Assembly (NCBI GenBank): GCA_902771635.1
Contig: CACXXW010000002.1
Span: forward strand, 18,718-82,717
DNA: 64,000 nucleotides
Origin: an uncultured Bacteroidia bacterium
GTDB taxonomy: Bacteria > Bacteroidota > Bacteroidia > Bacteroidales > F082
Direction: 5' to 3'
Positions 26,716 through 36,071 of the stretch are shown in pieces. How positions within the stretch are numbered: the first letter of the stretch is position 1; every line of letters starts with the position of its first letter. The position numbers and the translations under genes are program-made. The notes under the pieces are model-generated. The model was not told the DNA's origin. It saw only the letters and a list, made by a program, of their open reading frames with translations, and searched no databases.

Positions 26716-28368
26716 TTATTTTAAAAGCACTTCGGCGGCTTTCAAAGCTTCAGGCGTCACTTGGTCGTTGCTGAGCATCTTGGCGATTTCGGTGATGCGC
26801 TCTTCGTGTTGCAAAACGCGGATGTGCGATTGGGTGCGCGTGCCTTCGTTGTCCTTGTAAATGAAATAATGATGCTCGGCTTGGCTGGCCACTTGGGGCA
26901 GGTGGGTGATGGAAATAAGCTGCAGCGAATTTCCCATCTGGCGCATGATGCTTCCGATTTTGGCTGCCACTTCGCCCGAAACACCCGAGTCGATTTCGTC
27001 GAAAATGAGGGTGGGGATGTAGTTGTAGCTTGAAATCGCACTCTTGATGGAGAGCATCAAGCGTGAGAGTTCGCCCCCTGAGGCCACTCGGCGGAGGTCA
27101 TCAACGGCAATGCCTTTGTTGGCAGAGAAGAGGAAACGGATTTCATCACAACCCTTGCTGCCAAAGTTAGCTTGGCTTTCCACGCTGACTTGGAATTGGG
27201 CAAAAGGCATGGCCAACTGCTGAACTAGTGCCGTGACTTTCTCGCTGAAAGCTATGGCGGCTTGGCAGCGCTTGTCGTGCAAGGCTTTAGCGAGGCTTGA
27301 AAGCTGCTTTTCGTTCTCTTTCAGCTCTTTTTCTGCCTTGGCAATGGCCTCATCGATGTTTTCGAAGGCATTCACTTTCTCTTTTAGTCCGTCCCTCAGT
27401 GTGATGAGCTCCTCAAAATCGTTGAGGTGGTGCTTCATCATCAGGCGGCTGAGTAGGTCGTAGCGTTCTTGAAGGCTTTGCAGTTGCTCTTCATCGAATT
27501 GGGTGTTGTCTTCCTTGCGGCGCAAGTCGTAGGCAATATCCTTTAACTCAACTTTTAGATTGTCAATGCGTTCATATAGGCTTTCCGTGTCGGGTAGCAG
27601 ATGCTGCAGCCGCGACAGTGTGGAGGAAAGTTCGTTGAGTTGTCCCAAAATGGCGTTTTCCGAATCGTCAAGCAACCCGTTGGCGGTCACCAAAAGTGTT
27701 TTGATTTCTTCCGAGTTTTCCATCACACCGAGGGTCTGCTCGATGTCGGCATACTCGCCTTCCTTGAGTTGGGCTTTGTCGAGTTCATCCAATTGGAATT
27801 TCAGGTAGTCGTTCTCGGCAGTGTTTTTGGTTGCGGTTTCCTTCAATTCGAACAGTTTCCGCTTGAGGGCATTGTAGTTGGCGTACTCGGTTTGGTATGC
27901 TGCCAAAACTTCTCCATTTTGAGCAATGTCATCCAGCAGTCTCAATTGGAAATCGGCATCGGTAAGTAATAGGGAATCATGCTGTGAGTGGATGTCGACC
28001 AATTGACTACCCATCTCTTTCATGGTCTGCAAGGCCACGGGTGTGTCGTTGATGAAAGCGCGACTTTTCTTTTGCGGGTTAAGTTCGCGGCGGAAGATGC
28101 ATTCGCTTTCGAAATCCAGGTCATTTGCCTCAAAGAAAGGCCTCAGGTTTTCGCCATGGAGTTCAAACTCGGCTTCCACTACGCATTTTTTGTCTTTGTC
28201 GAAGAGCACGTTGGTGTCGGCACGGTCGCCCAAAGCGAAGCCTAAAGCACCGAGTAGGATGGACTTGCCCGCACCGGTCTCGCCGGTGATGACATTGAAA
28301 CCACTCTCGAAACTGACATTCAGCTCGTCAATCAAGGCGTAGTTACTGATGTGCAGTTGCTTGAGCAT
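26716..28368 (-). CDS. recN: DNA repair protein RecN
   Basis: MLKQLHISNYALIDEL, Walker A GETGAGKS, long coiled coil, ASGGELSR signature, LIFDEIDSG. Confidence 0.9.
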   Translation of the reverse strand: MLKQLHISNYALIDELNVSFESGFNVITGETGAGKSILLGALGFALGDRADTNVLFDKDKKCVVEAEFELHGENLRPFFEANDLDFESECIFRRELNPQKKSRAFINDTPVALQTMKEMGSQLVDIHSQHDSLLLTDADFQLRLLDDIAQNGEVLAAYQTEYANYNALKRKLFELKETATKNTAENDYLKFQLDELDKAQLKEGEYADIEQTLGVMENSEEIKTLLVTANGLLDDSENAILGQLNELSSTLSRLQHLLPDTESLYERIDNLKVELKDIAYDLRRKEDNTQFDEEQLQSLQERYDLLSRLMMKHHLNDFEELITLRDGLKEKVNAFENIDEAIAKAEKELKENEKQLSSLAKALHDKRCQAAIAFSEKVTALVQQLAMPFAQFQVSVESQANFGSKGCDEIRFLFSANKGIAVDDLRRVASGGELSRLMLSIKSAISSYNYIPTLIFDEIDSGVSGEVAAKIGSIMRQMGNSLQLISITHLPQVASQAEHHYFIYKDNEGTRTQSHIRVLQHEERITEIAKMLSNDQVTPEALKAAEVLLK

Positions 28369-28381
28369 AAGATGTGAAAAC

Positions 28382-29302
28382 TTATAGCTTACCGGTGTTT
28401 TTCAGCATATCGTCGTAACGCGAGGTTTGCGAAGGATCAATAGCTTTCATGACGTTGGCAACTCCAGTCCTGAGTTTCATATCACCCTGTGAGAATACTT
28501 GGATGATTTCATCACGTTTGCTCTCAATGATCAGTTGCAAGAAATAGCACATAGGATTACGTTCGTAAACGCTCTGGAGATGCGATATGGCGTTAAACAT
28601 TTCTTCGCGGGCTTGATCAGGCTTTTCGGTCATCATATCCAAACCGTTGCGGTGGTAGTCGTATAAGAACTGGCGCAGTGGTTGGTTAGTCGAGCTGGTG
28701 ATGTCACTGATGATGGCGTAGCGGTTTTGCCGTCCTGTCGAACTCCAGCCATTTTCAGACCCTGGGTCTTGCGGTGCGGCATGTGCGATGGTTTCCGCGA
28801 TGGCGAAGAAAGGATCGCCGCCGTTGAGAGAGAAGGAGTCGAAGTCAATGCCAAGGAAGAGATAGACGTAGAAGCCAATAGTGCTCGTGATGTTGGACAT
28901 GTAGGTGTTCGGGTTGAAGTCGAGCGTCTGTCCGTCGGTGTATTCGAAATGGAATTTACGGTCTATGTAGTTGAACATCGGAGTATTGTAGCTCGACTTG
29001 TAGACCGGGCGACGTAAAGCTAAGGTGATTTCAGCGGTGAAGTAGTTGCCCTCGCGGCTGTTCACGTCAACGAGTATCGAGCATTCGATTTTTTCCGCCT
29101 GCCTGAAGTTGATCTCCGTGAATTTCGTATTGTTGATGAACTCATAGAGGGAGGTCTGCAGGTTCTGGTAGATGGTCTTGTCGCTACCTGGCACCTTGTT
29201 GGAACTGACGCGCACGTCGCATTGTAGCTCTTGCGCTTGCATAGTGCTGAAGCTGAGCAGGCAGCCGAGGGCTATGAGTAGTGTGGCAAAGACTCTTTTC
29301 AT
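28382..29302 (-). CDS. DUF4835 family secreted protein (I recall recent annotations naming this family T9SS-associated PorD; unverified)
   Basis: Signal peptide then ELQCDVRVSSNKV...; conserved position between rpoZ and recN. Confidence 0.5.
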   Translation of the reverse strand: MKRVFATLLIALGCLLSFSTMQAQELQCDVRVSSNKVPGSDKTIYQNLQTSLYEFINNTKFTEINFRQAEKIECSILVDVNSREGNYFTAEITLALRRPVYKSSYNTPMFNYIDRKFHFEYTDGQTLDFNPNTYMSNITSTIGFYVYLFLGIDFDSFSLNGGDPFFAIAETIAHAAPQDPGSENGWSSTGRQNRYAIISDITSSTNQPLRQFLYDYHRNGLDMMTEKPDQAREEMFNAISHLQSVYERNPMCYFLQLIIESKRDEIIQVFSQGDMKLRTGVANVMKAIDPSQTSRYDDMLKNTGKL

Positions 29303-29329
29303 GACTTCTCCCTTTATGTTGTTTCCCAA

Positions 29330-29668
29330 TCAGAAAGCTTCCTGGTTCTCCTTGGCGGGATTACGGAAATAGATCTGGTCGTTGAGGAATTCGTGGATGG
29401 CAATCAGCGTGGGCTTGGGCAAACGCTCGTAGAACTTTGCGATTTCGATCTGTTCCTTGTTCTCAAACACTTCTTCCAAACTGTCGTTGGTGGCGGCAGC
29501 AAACGACTCAATCTTCTCGTTGAGCTCAGCCTTCATCTCAGAGGCGATTTGGTTGGCTCTGATGGACAGGATGGCAACGGTCTCATAAATGTTGCCTGTG
29601 CCTTTGTAGAATTGGTCTTTCTGACGGGTGACCACCGTCGTTTCGGTCTTAATTTTCTTGAAATCCAT
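29330..29668 (-). CDS. rpoZ: RNA polymerase omega subunit (Bacteroidota type)
   Basis: Start at MDFKKIK. GNIYETVAILSIRANQI and EEVFENKEQIEIAKFYERLPKP match the long Bacteroidota omega, and the gene sits directly after bamD. Confidence 0.65.
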   Translation of the reverse strand: MDFKKIKTETTVVTRQKDQFYKGTGNIYETVAILSIRANQIASEMKAELNEKIESFAAATNDSLEEVFENKEQIEIAKFYERLPKPTLIAIHEFLNDQIYFRNPAKENQEAF

Positions 29669-29670
29669 GG

Positions 29671-30468
29671 TTATTTGATGTTTTCTAATTTCTTTCTTGC
29701 TTTGGCGGCAATGCCATTCACGTCTTGCAGGTATTTGCTGCTGGGATAAAGGTAAGTCAGCGTGTTGCACTGCTCGACGCATGACTCATAACGCTCGCGC
29801 TGCTTTTCCGTGACGCTGTTCTCCGCATAGTCGTAATAGGTCTTGGCCATGTCGTAGAGAATCTCCTCGCGGTGCGAAGTGTTGGGATATTTCTTCAGCA
29901 TGTTCTCAAACGAGGTGATGGCTGCGCTGTAGTTCTCCATGCGGTAGAAAAGCCGGCAGATGTTGTAGTCTTTTTCCTCCAACTTGTCGTTGAGTTCGGT
30001 CAGCAACTGTTGGGCTCGGTTGAGGCTGTCGCTTTCCGGATAGCGGTCGATGAAGCTGCTCAACTGCTTGATGGCGCTGTGGGTGTTGGTTTGGTCCAAT
30101 CCCGACTCTGGCGAAACGCGATAGCTGCAATAGGCAGTCATGTATGCGGCTTTCTCGGCATCTTTCGAGAAAGGATAGGTCTGCACGAAACGGTTGAAAT
30201 AGTAGCCGGCGATTTCAAAGTCATCTTGATAATAGTAGCACAAGGCGGTTTTGTAGGTGATGGACTCGCCCTTGGGCGTGTTGCGGAACGAGGCCTGCAG
30301 CAGGTCGAACAACTGGAGGGCATGGTTGTAGTCGCCACGCTCGAAGTAATCCACTGCGACCTCGTACTTCATTTCGCTGTCGGTGCTTCTCACCAATCGG
30401 TTGAAGTCGTTACACGAAGTGAGGGCTACGAGACCCAAAACGGCCAATATCAATAGTCTTTTTTTCAT
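29671..30468 (-). CDS. bamD: Outer membrane protein assembly factor BamD
   Basis: Lipoprotein signal (LVALTSC), TPR-like repeats, and YEVAVDYFERGDYNHALQLF. Confidence 0.7.
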   Translation of the reverse strand: MKKRLLILAVLGLVALTSCNDFNRLVRSTDSEMKYEVAVDYFERGDYNHALQLFDLLQASFRNTPKGESITYKTALCYYYQDDFEIAGYYFNRFVQTYPFSKDAEKAAYMTAYCSYRVSPESGLDQTNTHSAIKQLSSFIDRYPESDSLNRAQQLLTELNDKLEEKDYNICRLFYRMENYSAAITSFENMLKKYPNTSHREEILYDMAKTYYDYAENSVTEKQRERYESCVEQCNTLTYLYPSSKYLQDVNGIAAKARKKLENIK

Positions 30469-30518
30469 CGGGCTGCAAAATTACTCATTTTTACGTTACT
30501 AACGAGTGGATTCTGCTT

Positions 30519-33053
30519 TTATTTTTCAATTACTATCTTTTCGACAAAGCTGCCACTCTCGCAGTTGATGTGAAGGAAGTAAATGCCAGGGTTCAGGTTT
30601 TCACCACTGATTTGATGGCTGTTGTCGCTGAATTGTCCGGAAGCGACAACTTGGCCGAGACCGTTGTAGAGCTCGTATCCGACATTGCCTATGGCTTGGA
30701 TGGTAAAGGTACCATTGCTAGGATTAGGATAAATGCTCGGACGGGTGACCATTTCATTCACTGACCAGTCTCTAATAGTGACAGTAACTTCACCCACGCC
30801 AGTGTTGCCTTCGCTATCAGTCACGATGACTTTGTAGACTGTTTCGGGGTCGACAGGGCTGGCAACAGGATTGGCAATGGTTGGATCATCAAGGGTTTCA
30901 ATTGGCTCCCAAGCGTATGTGTATTCGCCTGAACCGCCAGTAACAGTCACGGTGAGTTGGCTGCTTTCGCCTTCATCGATGACTTCTGGGTCGGCAGTGA
31001 CTTCGATATTGAGCGAGCTTTCGCTGATACAAGTCACGGTGGCAACCCAACCAGGACTGTTCACGGCTTGGTCAGAAGTGAAACGGAATGTAAGAGCGCC
31101 TTCTTCGTTGGTGGCGGTCACTTCGCCAGGACCTTCATTGCCATCGTATTGTCCGATGAGTGTGGCATTGGTGGTGCTGCCATCATAGACATAGAGGTAG
31201 TCATAGCCAGACTCTGTACTGAACTCGACAAAGTTGACGCGAATCATGTTGCCTTCGATGGTAGGCTTGAAGGTCAAAGTGTAGTTTCTGTTGTTGTTGT
31301 AGTTGTTGTTGGGGCCGCCGTTGTCATAGAACAGGGCGTTGCAAGTCTCGATGGTGCCGTTCTGCATGTTGTATGACTCGCGCACTTGAATGTAGTCCTC
31401 GCGTGTCAAGGTCTCGCTGTTGCCGTCAGCATCGGTGATGGTCAAGTTGACATCGAAATCTCCGACTTCACTGTAAACGATGCCATTTGGGTTTTGCTGT
31501 GTCGAAGTGCTCGGTGTGCCACCTTCGAAGGTCCATTCCCAAGCAACGATGTCGCCAAACGAACTGTCCGTAAAGTTGACACTACCACCCAGTGAGACTT
31601 GAGTGGTTGAAGTATAGAAAATAGGCATGAGGCAGCTGCCGGGGACAAGTTGCACATCAAGGTTGACGGTCTCGTAGTCGTTCACATCGACCTCAATCAC
31701 TTTCGGACAATAGCCGTCCTTGCTGACGATGACCGTCCAGTTGCCACCCTTGATGGGGCGGTGGAAGTCACCGACGGGCATGTGGCTCTCAACAATGGAG
31801 TACTGGTCATCGTGTCCATTGATGGTGATTGTGGCTTCAAGCGGCTCACCAGTGATGGAATCGGTCACCACGCCATGGATGCCGTAAAGGCATTGGTTCA
31901 TGAAAAGGAAAAGCGAAGCTTTATTGATGTTCCAGAAGTTGGGCAATTGTGAGGGGTTGGGCAGCTTCGTATTGGAACATTCAATGGTCATTTCGCGGCA
32001 TTGGGCATAGCCGTTCATGTAATCTTGACGGCCGCCGCCAATCATATACCATTGTGCGCCGTTGGTGATACCGTTATTGTATTCGTTCATGTAGTTGGGG
32101 TTGGTCTTGTGGCATTCGTCAGCATATTCATGGCTGATCAGTTGATACCAAGCATCATCGGAATGGAGGGTGTAGGTGTTGTCCCACGGATAGTTCATCA
32201 CCTCGGCACCGCCATGGTAGTTGGCAGCCATCACAAAGGGAATTTCAGCGGCAAAGTCCATGAACCATTGGGTTTCGGTCTGATAGGCGTGACCATCGGG
32301 ATGCTGACTGCCATGTGGGTCGGCGTAATTGCGGTTCATGTCGACACCATTGGCGTTTTCACGGGTGGCGCCGTTCACATTGTTGTTTCCGGCATGATAG
32401 GTGCCGTCGGGATTGGCGAGAGGGTTGATGTAAAGGTCGATATTGTCCATCACATTCTGCACCTCAGGATCGTCGGGGTTTTCCAACAGGTAGTCGATGA
32501 GGCGAAGCATGATGATCCAGCCTGTAGTCTCGTCGCCATGGATGGTGGAGGTGTAGAGGAACTTGGGCTTGCCGTCGGTTGTGCCGTTGTTGAGGTGGGC
32601 AATCAATATTTTGCGGTTGCTCGGCAAGGTTCCCAAAGTGATGATTTCACATTGATCAGGATGGTTGGCTTGGAAGTCAAACATCATGGCTTCGTATGCT
32701 TCGTAGGTCGGGTAGCTGTCCCAATCGTACTCGGCGCGGTTGCTGCCATCCCACATGGCGACTTTTTCAAGCATTGAGGGAGGGGTTTGAAGCGTAACCT
32801 GATATCCGAGTTTTTGGAAGTTGGCGAAGTCCTCGTTGTTGGCGTAGGCAGTGACCACATTGCCATCAACTTGGTCGACAGAAACGGCATGGGCGATGGC
32901 TTTAAGGTCATCGTTGCCGTTCAGGTTAAAAGTAAAATAATACTCATTGCGTTGTTGCATGAGCTGGCGCAGCTCTTGCTGGCTCTTTTGGGCAAAAATG
33001 TCACCACAAATCACTGTGGCCAAAAGAATAATAAAATAGCGTAGTGTTTTCAT
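30519..33053 (-). CDS. M14 zinc carboxypeptidase with regulatory-like, PKD, CUB-like and Ig-like domains and a T9SS C-terminal sorting domain
   Basis: HGDETTG, NPDG and RNY motifs. PKD (VNFTDSS...WEWTFEGG), CUB-like (YDYLYVYDG...TFRFTSD), and CTD (IYPNPSNGTFTIQ...VEKIVIEK). Confidence 0.85.
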   Translation of the reverse strand: MKTLRYFIILLATVICGDIFAQKSQQELRQLMQQRNEYYFTFNLNGNDDLKAIAHAVSVDQVDGNVVTAYANNEDFANFQKLGYQVTLQTPPSMLEKVAMWDGSNRAEYDWDSYPTYEAYEAMMFDFQANHPDQCEIITLGTLPSNRKILIAHLNNGTTDGKPKFLYTSTIHGDETTGWIIMLRLIDYLLENPDDPEVQNVMDNIDLYINPLANPDGTYHAGNNNVNGATRENANGVDMNRNYADPHGSQHPDGHAYQTETQWFMDFAAEIPFVMAANYHGGAEVMNYPWDNTYTLHSDDAWYQLISHEYADECHKTNPNYMNEYNNGITNGAQWYMIGGGRQDYMNGYAQCREMTIECSNTKLPNPSQLPNFWNINKASLFLFMNQCLYGIHGVVTDSITGEPLEATITINGHDDQYSIVESHMPVGDFHRPIKGGNWTVIVSKDGYCPKVIEVDVNDYETVNLDVQLVPGSCLMPIFYTSTTQVSLGGSVNFTDSSFGDIVAWEWTFEGGTPSTSTQQNPNGIVYSEVGDFDVNLTITDADGNSETLTREDYIQVRESYNMQNGTIETCNALFYDNGGPNNNYNNNRNYTLTFKPTIEGNMIRVNFVEFSTESGYDYLYVYDGSTTNATLIGQYDGNEGPGEVTATNEEGALTFRFTSDQAVNSPGWVATVTCISESSLNIEVTADPEVIDEGESSQLTVTVTGGSGEYTYAWEPIETLDDPTIANPVASPVDPETVYKVIVTDSEGNTGVGEVTVTIRDWSVNEMVTRPSIYPNPSNGTFTIQAIGNVGYELYNGLGQVVASGQFSDNSHQISGENLNPGIYFLHINCESGSFVEKIVIEK

Positions 33054-33063
33054 TTATAGATAA

Positions 33064-33951
33064 TTATTTGTCTTTCAATTGTTTCCATTCTTCAATGATG
33101 TCCGCTTCCACCTTTTCGTTCACAGGAACCAAAGGCAACCTCAGCACATTCTGACAAAGTCCCATGTGGTTCATCAAGCACTTGATGCCCGCAGGGTTGC
33201 CATCGGCAAAGATAAGTTGGTTCATGCGGAGCATGGCATAGTGAAGGTGTAAGGCTTCTTCGGTGCGACCATCTTTCATGGCACGCATCATGCGGCTGAA
33301 AGGCTTGGTGTAGGCATTTGCTGCCACCGAAATCACACCTTGAGCGCCCAAAGCCATCAGGGGTTGGGTGATGCCGTCATCGCCCGATAGCACATCGAAG
33401 TCAGTGGGCTTGTCGCGCAGGATCTCCATGATTTGCTGCAAGTTGCCCGAGGCTTCCTTCACGGCGATGATGTTGGGATGCTTTGCCAATTCCACGCAGG
33501 TGGCGGCTTGTAGGTTCACGCCCACGCGCCCTGGCACATTGTAGACCACAACAGGCACAGGACTGGCATCGGCGATGGCTTCAAAGTGGGCTTTCATGCC
33601 GCGTTGGTTGGGCTTGTTGTAGTAGGGTACGACGCTCAAGATGCCTTGGATGCCAGTAAAGTCTTGTGCTTTGATGGCTTCGATGACGGCTTGTGTGTTG
33701 TTGCCACCCATGCCGAGTAAGATGGGCAAACGGCCATTATTGGCCTTCAATATTGTGCTAATGACCAGTTTCTTTTCTTCGGCAGAAAGGGTAGGGGCTT
33801 CCGAGGTGGTACCTAAAACGACCAAGAAGTCGGCGCCATTGTCGATGACATGGTTGACGATTTTAGTCAAAGCCTCGAAATCGACGGATTGGTCGGCTTT
33901 AAAAGGAGTGATGAGGGCAACGCCCGTACCTTTAAATGGATTGTATTTCAT
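33064..33951 (-). CDS. dapA: 4-hydroxy-tetrahydrodipicolinate synthase
   Basis: GTGVALITPF, GTTSEAPTLS and the catalytic Lys region AVKEASGN. Confidence 0.9.
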   Translation of the reverse strand: MKYNPFKGTGVALITPFKADQSVDFEALTKIVNHVIDNGADFLVVLGTTSEAPTLSAEEKKLVISTILKANNGRLPILLGMGGNNTQAVIEAIKAQDFTGIQGILSVVPYYNKPNQRGMKAHFEAIADASPVPVVVYNVPGRVGVNLQAATCVELAKHPNIIAVKEASGNLQQIMEILRDKPTDFDVLSGDDGITQPLMALGAQGVISVAANAYTKPFSRMMRAMKDGRTEEALHLHYAMLRMNQLIFADGNPAGIKCLMNHMGLCQNVLRLPLVPVNEKVEADIIEEWKQLKDK

Positions 33952-33969
33952 AGATATATGCTGAGTTAA

Positions 33970-33995
33970 GGGTCCCTGAGCATGCCGAGGGGCCC
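33970..33995. repeat. REP-like family 1, solo half element
   Basis: gggtccctgagcatgccgaggggccc; compare ggtccctgagcccgtcgaagggcc at 18877. Confidence 0.55.
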
Positions 33996-33999
33996 GTAT

Positions 34000-34554
34000 T
34001 TATGGATTCTGTGCAGTTGGCCCCGACAGAGCCTTCAGATAATTATGCAACACATGGATGTTCGAAACAGGGTCGGTGGCTCGAGGATTTTCGATGATCA
34101 AATCATAGATGGCTTGGTTTTTGCTCTCGTGGAAACAAATTCTGAAGTCTGTTTTGGGCAGGGTGCAGAGGTAGTCGCTGACATCCGCATTCTTGCCCGC
34201 CATATTGATGAGTATCGCGCTGAAAGGCAGCTTTTTGATGAATTCGTGCTTGTCGGGTTTCAGCACACTCATGAAACCGAAGTCTTTGGGCGTAATCTCG
34301 GTATAGAGGTCGCTTTGCAGGATAGTGTCTGACATCTGGTTGCAAAGTATGACAAATCCGCAACGGCTGGCACCAAACAGACTTTTCGCACTGCTCTCAA
34401 TGTTCTTGACGATGCTTTTGTCGCCTTCGTCCAAGATAATCAAAATAGAGCTAAGTCGCTGAAGATTAGGCATTTTTACCATAGGTTTTTCAGCGAGGAA
34501 CTGCTCCAAGGCTTTTTTTAAGGCCCTGTTTCTGAGGTAGGATGAAAAATTCAT
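34000..34554 (-). CDS. Hypothetical protein
   Basis: 184-aa ORF with coding-like composition and no motif recognised. Confidence 0.5.
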   Translation of the reverse strand: MNFSSYLRNRALKKALEQFLAEKPMVKMPNLQRLSSILIILDEGDKSIVKNIESSAKSLFGASRCGFVILCNQMSDTILQSDLYTEITPKDFGFMSVLKPDKHEFIKKLPFSAILINMAGKNADVSDYLCTLPKTDFRICFHESKNQAIYDLIIENPRATDPVSNIHVLHNYLKALSGPTAQNP

Positions 34555-34589
34555 GCTGCAAATGTAGTGTTTTTCTATGAGATAACGCT

Positions 34590-34615
34590 TATTTTTGCAA
34601 AAAACGCTAATTTTG
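34590..34615 (+). promoter_or_regulatory. Two tandem -7 boxes (TATTTTTG, TAATTTTG) within a short direct repeat acgct(t/a)atttt
   Basis: Lie 50-70 nt upstream of the ATG at 34666. Confidence 0.4.
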
Positions 34616-34665
34616 CGCTAAAATTTTGTCAAGGCATTCATGAATGCTTGAAAAAAGATAAGGAT

Positions 34666-35427
34666 ATGATTGTCACTATTTTAGGAAGCGGAACCTCGCA
34701 AGGTGTCCCAGTCATCGGCTGCACTTGTCCCGTGTGCCAGTCCAAAGACCCGCGCGATAAACGTCTTCGCACCTCTATTCTGATTCAGACCGATGAAGTG
34801 ACGGTGGCCGTGGATGCCGGTCCCGACTTCCGCCAACAGATGTTGCGTGAAAATGTCACCAAGCTTGATGCGGTGCTTATCACGCACGAGCATAAGGACC
34901 ATATTGGCGGCCTCGATGACCTCCGCCCTTACATCTTCAAGCAGAAAAAGCCTATGACGCTTTATGTTGATGATACCGCTTTGCCAGAAATCAAACGCGA
35001 GTATTCCTACGCTTTCGACGAGCATCCTTATCCAGGTGCTCCGACCTACGACATCCATCGACTTGATGAGACGCCTTTCGACATCGGTGATTTGCATTTC
35101 ATCCCTATCAAATTGAAGCATTATACCCTGACTTGTTATGCTTTCCGTGTTGGTAACTTTGCCTATGTCACCGACCTGAGCGAGATTTCTGAAGAAGCGA
35201 TTGAGAAACTACAAGGCATTGAATATCTGGTTATTGAGGCTTTGCAAAAGAATAAACACTATTCGCATCTCACTTTGGATGAGGCGATTGAGATTTCCCG
35301 AAGGGTGGGAGCGAAAAAGACCTGGTTCACGCATTGTAGCCACAGCATGGGCCTCGCCGCTGAAGTCAACCGCGAACTGCCCGAGGGCATGATGCTTGCT
35401 TATGACGGACTGAAAATAAAGATATAG
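34666..35427 (+). CDS. MBL-fold metallo-hydrolase (PhnP-like)
   Basis: MIVTILGSGTSQGVP, CxCxxC segment, and THEHKDHIGG. Confidence 0.75.
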   Translation: MIVTILGSGTSQGVPVIGCTCPVCQSKDPRDKRLRTSILIQTDEVTVAVDAGPDFRQQMLRENVTKLDAVLITHEHKDHIGGLDDLRPYIFKQKKPMTLYVDDTALPEIKREYSYAFDEHPYPGAPTYDIHRLDETPFDIGDLHFIPIKLKHYTLTCYAFRVGNFAYVTDLSEISEEAIEKLQGIEYLVIEALQKNKHYSHLTLDEAIEISRRVGAKKTWFTHCSHSMGLAAEVNRELPEGMMLAYDGLKIKI

Positions 35428-35431
35428 CTAT

Positions 35432-35495
35432 CAGCCATCAGCAGTCAGATATCAGCTTCGGTTTAACCAAGCTGTAAGCTGACTGCTGACAGCTG
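35432..35495. terminator. Long imperfect hairpin after the MBL gene
   Basis: cagccatcagcagtcag / ctgactgctgacagctg with inner stem cagctt/aagctg. Confidence 0.5.
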
Positions 35496-35548
35496 AATGC
35501 CAATCTAGAATCATTGAATTTTAAATTTTGAATCTTGAATTTTGAAAT

Positions 35549-36010
35549 ATGAAAGCAACCTATTCCCAAAGACTGATCAAACTCGCCGACCTCAACCACC
35601 ACCAAACCTTTTTTGCAGGTCGTTGCTCCGAGTATTTTTTAGAGAGTTCCTATTTCGCTGTGGCGCAGTATGTTGACACGAAGGATACTGTCCTGCTCGT
35701 GCTCCACGGCATCGACTTCAAGTTCCCGATTTTTGCGGGCGACATCGTTACCTTCGAGAGCAAGGTCATCTCCGTGGGTCGCAGCACATTAACCGTTTAC
35801 ACGAAAATGTACCGCAGCCGCGAACCCGAAAAAATTGCTGCCGACGGCTTCGCCACCTTCTCCTATTTGGATGAAAACCACCATTCCCGCCCGCATGGCA
35901 TCACGCTTGAGCCAGAAACGGAGGAAGAACGCTTCTTGCAGCAGCAAGCTTTGGAGGTCATGGAAGACTCGAAGCGTAGAGCTAGGGCAATGAATGAGAA
36001 AAAGTATTAA
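35549..36010 (+). CDS. Hotdog-fold acyl-CoA thioesterase
   Basis: 153 aa. NHHQTFFAGR and the overall BFIT/YciA-like pattern. Confidence 0.65.
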   Translation: MKATYSQRLIKLADLNHHQTFFAGRCSEYFLESSYFAVAQYVDTKDTVLLVLHGIDFKFPIFAGDIVTFESKVISVGRSTLTVYTKMYRSREPEKIAADGFATFSYLDENHHSRPHGITLEPETEEERFLQQQALEVMEDSKRRARAMNEKKY

Positions 36011-36071
36011 AGTGCTAGATTATCAAATATCATTATATTTGCAGCAGAATCAAATCCAAAACAATAATGCC

